Position numbers and translations under genes: made by a program
Source of the DNA: a virus
IMG/VR virus record: IMGVR_UViG_3300030381_000056
DNA length: 57,117 nucleotides
Reading direction: 5' to 3' (one strand)
Shown: positions 50,613 to 57,117 of the stretch, in pieces
Position numbering within the stretch: position 1 is the stretch's first letter
Layout: every line of letters begins with the position of its first letter
Notes under the pieces: model-generated
What the model saw: only the letters and a program-made list of their open reading frames with translations
What the model was told of the DNA's origin: nothing
The model's database searches: none

Positions 50613-50641
50613 TTGACGCACGTTTTTTATTGTTGTAAAAT
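50613..50641 (+). promoter_or_regulatory. Rightward promoter for the CI-like gene (back-to-back with the SOS promoter)
   Basis: TTGACG - 17 nt - TAAAAT. Confidence 0.55.
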
Positions 50642-50754
50642 ATCAACAAAAAGAGGACGGTGAAAACGCCAATAAACACCGCCCTCGCCAGAACTTGATG
50701 TCCCTTGAAACAAGGGATGTTACAAGTGTATCATGTGAAAGGGGGATAATAAAC

Positions 50755-51546
50755 ATGATGAAAAAAGACCGAATCAAAGAAATATCGACACATCTATCAG
50801 TCAACCGTGCAAATTATATGTTAAGTTTTCGTGGGAATCTCCACGAATTTCTTAATGAGCCGGACATGACGGTGTACAAACTTGCAGATGAAGCTAATTT
50901 GCCTTATTCTACGCTTAATTCACTACTGTACGGTAATTCTAGCGACACGAAGCTATCGACCGCCGTTGCGCTTGCTAGAGCCTTTGGAATCAGCGTAGAT
51001 GAACTGGTAGGCTGTGGTACTATGGAAGATAAGATGTTGGAATCTGTCAAGATATGCCGTAGTCTGCCGGAACACTCTCTTTACCTTATCCGTTACTTCA
51101 TCCGTCACCAAGCTAAAATCTATTCCAGTCTTGAAAAATCGCAAAAGTATATTTCTGTCCTCAAACCGCAACTTGTAAATGGAATTATCGCAACCACAAA
51201 TGCTGTGGAACCAATTTGCATAGACAATTTACCGGAAGATATAAAATCCAAGGCTTATATCGGTTTAAAAATTCCGTGCGACTACTATATGCCGTTTTAT
51301 CTGCCTGGGGAAATTATTATCCTTTCCGCAGATCGTGAACCGCAAGACGGTGAACGATGTATTGTGACCAGTAATGGTGGGATACAAATTGCCGTAAAAA
51401 CCCATATAATAGAATATGGCGTTAGAAAATGGAGATATGTTTCGCTCATGTCTCCGAACAGTATACTTCCGGAACACATAATTGATGACATGATAGGATA
51501 TGTGGTTGGTTTTGTAAATAATGATGGTGACTGGGGAATCAGATAA
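50755..51546 (+). CDS. CI-like regulator: XRE HTH plus S24-like C-terminal domain, apparently without the catalytic Ser
   Basis: ..MTVYKLADEANLPYSTLNSLLYGNS..LSTAVALARAFGISVDELVG. In the C-terminus, CDYYMPFYLPGEIIILSADREPQDGERCIV...AVK sits where LexA/CI have G-D-S-M-x-P. Confidence 0.6.
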   Translation: MMKKDRIKEISTHLSVNRANYMLSFRGNLHEFLNEPDMTVYKLADEANLPYSTLNSLLYGNSSDTKLSTAVALARAFGISVDELVGCGTMEDKMLESVKICRSLPEHSLYLIRYFIRHQAKIYSSLEKSQKYISVLKPQLVNGIIATTNAVEPICIDNLPEDIKSKAYIGLKIPCDYYMPFYLPGEIIILSADREPQDGERCIVTSNGGIQIAVKTHIIEYGVRKWRYVSLMSPNSILPEHIIDDMIGYVVGFVNNDGDWGIR

Positions 51547-51553
51547 AGAGATT

Positions 51554-51584
51554 AAGAGCATGGCTTTTACACCATGCTCTTTTT
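51554..51584 (+). terminator. Rho-independent terminator after the CI-like gene
   Basis: AAGAGCATGG-cttttaca-CCATGCTCTT followed by TTT. Confidence 0.75.
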
Positions 51585-51656
51585 GATTGATTTATTTTTA
51601 TTGCTAATCTGCATACATCAGTTATCATTACTTCTGTAAATGGCAAGTTAGTATCT

Positions 51657-51956
51657 TTGGACGATGTAGTATCAATGATGGTTAACACCGATAGTAATAG
51701 TGCAACTTTTAAATTAAAATTAACACCAAGTGGTTCATATACTAGATACACCGCACTTTTAGTATTGTGCAATAAAGATACAATTTTAATTGGCACATAT
51801 GCTATAGGTGTTAATGATGTTGGTCAAACTATCAATAAAATTGCAGGCGTAGATGCAACGATATCTAGGAACGGAGATAACGTTACTGTTACTTTTTCGT
51901 CAGATAATATATGGTCAACTGGACTTTTGATTGCACCTAGAATATTTACAGAATAA
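51657..51956 (+). CDS. Hypothetical beta-rich protein; start uncertain (TTG 51657 or ATG 51675; frame open from 51591)
   Basis: Lone plus-strand ORF between the repressor terminator and the convergent tail-fibre gene. Confidence 0.35.
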   Translation: MDDVVSMMVNTDSNSATFKLKLTPSGSYTRYTALLVLCNKDTILIGTYAIGVNDVGQTINKIAGVDATISRNGDNVTVTFSSDNIWSTGLLIAPRIFTE

Positions 51957-51960
51957 CTAA

Positions 51961-52464
51961 TTATTGACACATATAGACACATGATAGCCTCAATATATGC
52001 CCTTTTGATACTGGCTTACGGTTTACGATTGCTGAACCATTGATATAAAAATCATTATAAGTATTATCCTCTGCAACAAAGGCACCAGGATAAGGATTAC
52101 CTGTATACGTTTGTGGTAGATTACTAACTATAGTGGAGTATGCATCTATATCATTTGTGGTGGTTAATGTGCCACATCCAATGCACATATGTCCGATTCT
52201 GGTATATGTAAATATGCCAGTGATATTATCATGAACTATTGCTTCAGTTACGGTGTCTAACTTGCCATTTACATCATTTATGGCTGCGTTAGTATCATTG
52301 ATGTCTTTTGCACCGAATGATGTGCCTACTTGCGTATATTCAGTAACATCAACAAAAGAAACAGTTCCATCGTCATTTTGTATTTGCTGATATTTTCTTA
52401 ACTGATTTTTAGTTGTGTCTAATACATCATCAACATAGTTTGTTTTTAAATCTGCCATAATCAC
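51961..52464 (-). CDS. Tail fibre / receptor-binding protein (distal)
   Basis: Last gene of the tail operon; N-terminus ADLKTNYVDDVLDTTKNQLRKY is typical of Gram-positive phage fibre proteins. Confidence 0.5.
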   Translation of the reverse strand: MIMADLKTNYVDDVLDTTKNQLRKYQQIQNDDGTVSFVDVTEYTQVGTSFGAKDINDTNAAINDVNGKLDTVTEAIVHDNITGIFTYTRIGHMCIGCGTLTTTNDIDAYSTIVSNLPQTYTGNPYPGAFVAEDNTYNDFYINGSAIVNRKPVSKGHILRLSCVYMCQ

Positions 52465-52883
52465 ACCTTAAATCCTTTCTGACCGCCAAGCGTAAAAGCA
52501 AGTCGGTTCTGCGCTTTTCTTTGTGCTACTAACGTATTGTATATTTTTAACTGCAACGATTCTATCCTGTTCCAGTCTTCATATGTTGGAACCGATTTAT
52601 TTTCTTTCCATGTTTTGAATTGTTCGGAAAATGAGAAAGTGGAACTGTTAATTTCTGCCAGCGTAGTTTCAAATAAAGTGACTTCATCGGCATAAATCAG
52701 ATCTGCTTCAACCTTATCATCTCCAAGATTAAAAGATGATATTTTATACATAGATTCTGCAGTGTTTTTTAGTTCCAAAAGATTATTTTTAATACGGTTA
52801 TAATCTGTATGTAAAAAATAATCTCCTATATATGTTTCACCATTCCATTCAGAAGACCAATTTGTTTTAGGATCTGCCCACAT
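52461..52883 (-). CDS. Tail fibre-associated protein
   Basis: ADPKTNWSS...DYNRIKNNLLELK...WNRIE motif pattern common in tail-fibre modules. Confidence 0.45.
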   Translation of the reverse strand: MWADPKTNWSSEWNGETYIGDYFLHTDYNRIKNNLLELKNTAESMYKISSFNLGDDKVEADLIYADEVTLFETTLAEINSSTFSFSEQFKTWKENKSVPTYEDWNRIESLQLKIYNTLVAQRKAQNRLAFTLGGQKGFKV

Positions 52884-53110
52884 TATGCTTCCTCCACATC
52901 TCCAAACAATTCTATATATTTCTCTGTATCATTCAGCCCCAAATACTCTTTTATATCTTCTTTTGTTTTCGGCACTATTTCTCCGTTTGGATAAAACAAG
53001 AAAAAATTACCTTTTTCTGTTCTGAATATTTTTCTATTTGTCATTTCATCAACATATATTATTTCAGAAGTTTGCGTGTTATACAGAAGACCGTTAATTA
53101 TTTTTTTCAT
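52883..53110 (-). CDS. Hypothetical small protein (75 aa) in the tail module
   Basis: Coupled start/stop (ATGA-type) with both neighbours. Confidence 0.45.
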   Translation of the reverse strand: MKKIINGLLYNTQTSEIIYVDEMTNRKIFRTEKGNFFLFYPNGEIVPKTKEDIKEYLGLNDTEKYIELFGDVEEA

Positions 53111-53120
53111 TACAACCTCC

Positions 53121-55157
53121 TTATGTTCTCATTGCTCTTCGCAATTGCAACGATCCATTAAAAGCACCATTAAAGTTTAATTTGTGTTTTTCCACTTCTA
53201 CTTGTAAGCTGTTTACAATATCACTTTCCATGAAAATAATATCAGCAGCTTCCAGCACCGGATCCCCTCTGTATTGAACATCATAAGAAATATTATTCGC
53301 ATAATAATTCCCAAGCCATTCAGCAACTGTCCTTGCGTGTTCTTCTGTTGAAATAAGTTGGTTTTCACAATACCTTATTTCTCCAGAATTGTTGATTGAT
53401 TTCTTTAGATAGATGTTATCTTCAACTACTTGCGGTGTATTATTCTCTCCGTTTTGAAATGTATATATTTTAACGAAAACTTCTTTTGTCTTTCTTTCTG
53501 CGTATCCATAAGTATTTTCTGTCATGGAGTCCTTTTTTAACTCATAATCAGATAAATCTCCAAAACTGATCTTATCAATCAAAACTCTGTTTTTAGGATA
53601 TGCTTTTGTTATCTCGAAACGAATACTGTCGAAGTTTTCAAATTCATCATTTAATAATGATTTTTCTTTCAAATCATCATATTTAAAAGTCTTAAGAAGT
53701 GTATCTCCATTATATGTCGATACTTTCATCTTTTTTGGAGCATTTCCTTGAAATGAAATATACAATCCATAATACGTGTATGCTGCAGGAAGTTTTAATG
53801 TAAGCACTGGATTCTCCGAAAACAATCCATTATCATCAGAAACATTGCTCGTAACATATCCTGTCTGTTCTATGGCTGTACCTGTATTTCTCGGAAGAAA
53901 TAATTGTGAACCATCTACACGCATAAAATTTCTTGTCAGCTCTGCATATACATTGTTGTTTCCATATAATACATTAGTGGCATTTCCCCACCACGCATTT
54001 CCGTTTGAGGCAACCTGCATATCTGCAGGATCTATAACATTTGCAAAGTTGGCTTTAATATTTACTCTTCCGTCAGAATCTACAAATAAAATGCATCTTG
54101 AAGCGTTGCACAATAACTGCAAACATTCTTTGTGAGATGCTTCCGGCATTGGATTGTGTAGGCTCACATCTCTTAAACAATCGTCAACAAAATACTCGTC
54201 AGGCTCGAATCCGGCATCTGTTAGAATGCTAATAGCTTCTTCATATGCTGTTCTATCGTATATTTTGTTTCCTATTGTATAATTGTCTTCCAAAGTTGAA
54301 AGAATATCATTTGCGGTGAAAGACATTTGATTTTTTTTAGAGTTCCAATCAGTCAAAATCATTGTGGCTTTTTTATGCCATTCCACTGTTTCGTCTGACA
54401 GGACCATTCCGTATGATAACTCCATTTTTTGTCCAGTTTCAAGGAAGTTGATAAAGGAATTATCATCGTCTACATTGTATACATTATTTTTATCCAGTAT
54501 TGTTACAGATAATTTTCTGTATGGAATCTCCGCTGATACTCCATTAACAAATTCTTCAAAAGAAGATGTTGATACATCATTATTCCTATATGTCAATCCG
54601 ACACCCATTACAATTTTTTCTACTCTAAGTCTTTTGTTTCCACCTGACATAGATATAGGAATTATTTGTATGTTTGTAGTGTCTCCAATTACATCTGTTG
54701 TTGAAAAATCGTGTTTATCATTTGTATAAGTCAATTCTTTTTCATCTGTAACAATTTTGAAGCTAGTCGGGTAATATTTCCCAAAATCTATTGTAAGTCC
54801 TTTGATGGAATACTCTTGTGGAAATGCTACTTTTACAGTTTCCATTATGTTTTTTGTAGTTAATGGAGCGTTACGTAGTTGGTACAATCCGCTTGTCTCT
54901 CTCGGAAGAAAATACATTTGACCGTCCACGCGCATATAATTTTGCTCTAATGTAGCATATTCCGTATATTCCGCATCATTTCTAAATGGCAAAACCTTGT
55001 TTCCCCAGTATGCGTAATCACCTTCAAAATGAGCCGTGTTTTGTGCATCACCATTTACTACACCAAGAGTAATTGATATGTACGCCCTGTCTCTTATTTT
55101 TTTCTGCATCGCAGATTTATAAGCATTAGAAGCCTTTATCATTCTTCCCACCCGCAA
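53121..55157 (-). CDS. Tail-tip / baseplate protein (Tal/Dit-like) with two internally repeated CBM-like modules
   Basis: 678 aa, second gene after the tape measure. Repeats ..WGN...Y.E....N(Y/F)MRVDG...FLPR(E/N)T.. at aa about 50-185 and 389-533. Confidence 0.6.
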   Translation of the reverse strand: MRVGRMIKASNAYKSAMQKKIRDRAYISITLGVVNGDAQNTAHFEGDYAYWGNKVLPFRNDAEYTEYATLEQNYMRVDGQMYFLPRETSGLYQLRNAPLTTKNIMETVKVAFPQEYSIKGLTIDFGKYYPTSFKIVTDEKELTYTNDKHDFSTTDVIGDTTNIQIIPISMSGGNKRLRVEKIVMGVGLTYRNNDVSTSSFEEFVNGVSAEIPYRKLSVTILDKNNVYNVDDDNSFINFLETGQKMELSYGMVLSDETVEWHKKATMILTDWNSKKNQMSFTANDILSTLEDNYTIGNKIYDRTAYEEAISILTDAGFEPDEYFVDDCLRDVSLHNPMPEASHKECLQLLCNASRCILFVDSDGRVNIKANFANVIDPADMQVASNGNAWWGNATNVLYGNNNVYAELTRNFMRVDGSQLFLPRNTGTAIEQTGYVTSNVSDDNGLFSENPVLTLKLPAAYTYYGLYISFQGNAPKKMKVSTYNGDTLLKTFKYDDLKEKSLLNDEFENFDSIRFEITKAYPKNRVLIDKISFGDLSDYELKKDSMTENTYGYAERKTKEVFVKIYTFQNGENNTPQVVEDNIYLKKSINNSGEIRYCENQLISTEEHARTVAEWLGNYYANNISYDVQYRGDPVLEAADIIFMESDIVNSLQVEVEKHKLNFNGAFNGSLQLRRAMRT

Positions 55158-55540
55158 TCAATTAGATTAAATTTACATGTTTCATAGTTTCTATAAAATA
55201 TATCATCCAAAAACAGCGGTTTTCCGGTAGTGTCTCCTGGATACATTGTGTATGTATGCCTTACATTGTCATCACCAGTAAACGTAACCAGCACAAAAAA
55301 TGGTTCTAATGCATCCTGCATTTCTTTCCATGTTTCAGCGTCCAGTCCGTTCCATTGCAGATTATTTATCTTCCACAATTTTCTTCCGACTTTTTGACCG
55401 ACAACTGCAGCATTTACATTTCTTCCTGAATCAACCGTCTGCGACCGAACTATTTCCATTCCCGGAGCTGGGCACGGAAAACGTACTCCATTTACTATGA
55501 TGAAATCACTTGCTCTTGCTATCATTGTGTTTTCCTCCAT
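55139..55540 (-). CDS. Distal tail protein-like small protein (133 aa)
   Basis: First gene after the tape measure; beta-rich. Confidence 0.45.
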   Translation of the reverse strand: MEENTMIARASDFIIVNGVRFPCPAPGMEIVRSQTVDSGRNVNAAVVGQKVGRKLWKINNLQWNGLDAETWKEMQDALEPFFVLVTFTGDDNVRHTYTMYPGDTTGKPLFLDDIFYRNYETCKFNLIDCGWEE

Positions 55541-55570
55541 AGAAAAAAAGAGTGGGAATAAATCCCACCC

Positions 55571-57117
55571 TTAAGTAATAATCTGTAATCCCATAGTTTT
55601 CTGACCTCTTAAGCTTGCCCTTGCTATGTCTCTATCACCGATATTTACAGATGTTTCTTTTGCAAGTAATTGCTTTAACAGGCTGATTTCTTCTGCCATC
55701 ATACGCATTTGTGCTTCTGCCGTGGAATTGATAGCTTCTTTGATTCCTGTTATTTCAGCTCCACCGGCAACCGCTGTCTTACCACCTACTGTTCCGGCAA
55801 TCTCTGGCACTCCGTTTTCTCCTGCCATGAACATTGTGTATCGACTAGGAACGTAACCGCCTGTCTCAAATGTGGGGATTCTGCCAAGGTTTACACTTCC
55901 GCCCGGAACAAGTTCTTTTCCGAGTACAACAACCGGATCCCATGAAAAGTTTAACTTATCATTTATCCAGTTTGCAAACCTATTCCAAATTTGTTTGACA
56001 GCCTCTATTGCATTATTCCATGCATTAGATAATCCGTCTTTAATGCCACTCCATGTCCATTTTTCGGTAGTAAAATATGATTTTACGTTGTTCCACCACT
56101 TTGCAAAACCAATATTTTTCCACCATGCGGTAAATTCATTCCATTTCGTAGAAAGTGCGGTCTTAATATTTGTCCCTAATTGATTCCATTTTTCAGCAGA
56201 AAACCAAGGCTTGACAGATTCATTAAACCAGTTTTCAACAATAGGTTTTAAATTTTCAAACACTGATACTAAACCAAATGTATCATTTATGTCCAGTTTA
56301 AATTGTGATAAGAAATCAAAAAACTGTCTTATCGGCATTGTTTTTGTCAAAAAATCTGCCGCATCAGAGTTCATCTGTTTCCAAGCGTCAAAAAGTATTG
56401 AAAAATCTGTGTTTTTTATTGTATCAAAGAATCCACCTTCTCCAAAAAACGAAAAATTATCATATGTTTCTTTATCATCAGGGAAAAGTGCTTTACCTAA
56501 TGATTTACCTACATTAAATCCAATTTCCCAAGTAACAGAAGCTATTGCGATTGTAGGAACTATTCCTATGCTTGAACCAAGTACTGTGGCTGATAACTTA
56601 TCCGATATTTTTCCCCATATAATATCTCCCACACCAGTAAACTTCAAAAGTCCTATTGCCGTCAGAATCGTGGTTTCAATCGGTGCTGCATCGAAACTTC
56701 CTTTCCACAGATCGATTGCCGCATCTATGGCAGTTTCTATGAAATTTCCAGCAGATGTAAAAATGGCAGTCCAATCAATACCATTCAAGAAACTTCCTAT
56801 ATGTCTTCCGATTTTTTCCCAGTCCACAGAATCTATTGCTCTTGTAAACCAGTCAAAAATACCAGTTACTAGTTTGGACGTATCCATTCCGGCAACTTTA
56901 AACCATGAATCAGAATCAAACTTAAATGCATACGCCAGATCTTCTATAATATCTTTTACTGGTTTAAACACCTTGCTTACTTTGTCAGCCCAACCCATAG
57001 CTGTATTCTGCATCTTGTCAAATGCTTCTTGCCATACTTTTTCGTATTCAGCAGTAGCATCCATGATTTCCTTGGTAAGGTCAATTCCTGATCCACCAGC
57101 ACCTGATGTTTTTCCGG
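55571..57117 (-). CDS. Tail tape measure protein, C-terminal part (continues from 1702..1 across the junction)
   Basis: Frame is open upstream of the listed Met to the window end. W/F-rich repeats (..KWNEFTAWWKNIGFAKWWNNVK..) and a Gly-rich C-terminus are typical of TMPs. Confidence 0.8.
   Translation of the reverse strand, partial: GKTSGAGGSGIDLTKEIMDATAEYEKVWQEAFDKMQNTAMGWADKVSKVFKPVKDIIEDLAYAFKFDSDSWFKVAGMDTSKLVTGIFDWFTRAIDSVDWEKIGRHIGSFLNGIDWTAIFTSAGNFIETAIDAAIDLWKGSFDAAPIETTILTAIGLLKFTGVGDIIWGKISDKLSATVLGSSIGIVPTIAIASVTWEIGFNVGKSLGKALFPDDKETYDNFSFFGEGGFFDTIKNTDFSILFDAWKQMNSDAADFLTKTMPIRQFFDFLSQFKLDINDTFGLVSVFENLKPIVENWFNESVKPWFSAEKWNQLGTNIKTALSTKWNEFTAWWKNIGFAKWWNNVKSYFTTEKWTWSGIKDGLSNAWNNAIEAVKQIWNRFANWINDKLNFSWDPVVVLGKELVPGGSVNLGRIPTFETGGYVPSRYTMFMAGENGVPEIAGTVGGKTAVAGGAEITGIKEAINSTAEAQMRMMAEEISLLKQLLAKETSVNIGDRDIARASLRGQKTMGLQIIT

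Noticed and set aside
51591-52464. Diversity-generating retroelement near the tail-fibre gene
   Set aside because: There is no reverse transcriptase gene anywhere in the genome and no template/variable repeat pair was noticed.
1-57117. Genome-wide stop-codon reassignment (prompted by the in-frame TAG at 31168)
   Set aside because: About 100 other genes are intact under the standard code with all three stop codons in use. No suppressor-anticodon tRNA was found in the array.

Overview
The window is a complete or terminally redundant temperate siphovirus genome of about 57.0 kb. The first 99 bp are repeated exactly at the end (1..99 = 57019..57117), and the tape-measure gene reads across that junction. 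The host is inferred to be Gram-positive and probably a spore-forming Clostridia/Firmicutes. Supporting features are AGGAGG-type RBSs, a GH25 plus PG-binding endolysin, a GAAC-N4-GTTC SOS box and a Spo0A-C-like gene. There are about 105 protein genes, mostly on the minus strand. (1) Tail module: tape measure 55571..57117 joined to 1..1702, distal tail and fibre genes 51961..55540, major tail protein, and a chaperone pair with a -1 frameshift site. (2) Lambda-like head genes in scaffold, D-like decoration, E-like capsid order, an SPP1-type portal and TerL. (3) An array of six tRNAs plus one oversized tRNA-like element, with its own promoter. (4) Lysogeny module: a tyrosine integrase next to an attP carrying a tRNA 3' fragment and arm-type repeats. 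(5) Two orphan DNA methyltransferases and a decapitated third one. (6) A RecT/ATPase/MBL/replisome-organizer early block. (7) A switch region with face-to-face promoters. Candidates for something new, all hypotheses from sequence reading only: (a) a five-gene attP-proximal cargo cassette of low-complexity, Cys-rich and BclA-CTD-like proteins at 26925..29246. (b) An SOS-box promoter driving a 41-aa ORF antisense to a repressor-like gene, beside a CI-like protein that seems to lack the autocleavage serine. (c) Two ribbon-helix-helix genes, each embedded in its own dense array of direct repeats (about 7 x GTGATATCA and 6 x TTTGTGCCTTATAT). (d) Non-canonical RNA elements inside the tRNA array. No CRISPR array, reverse transcriptase or rRNA was seen.
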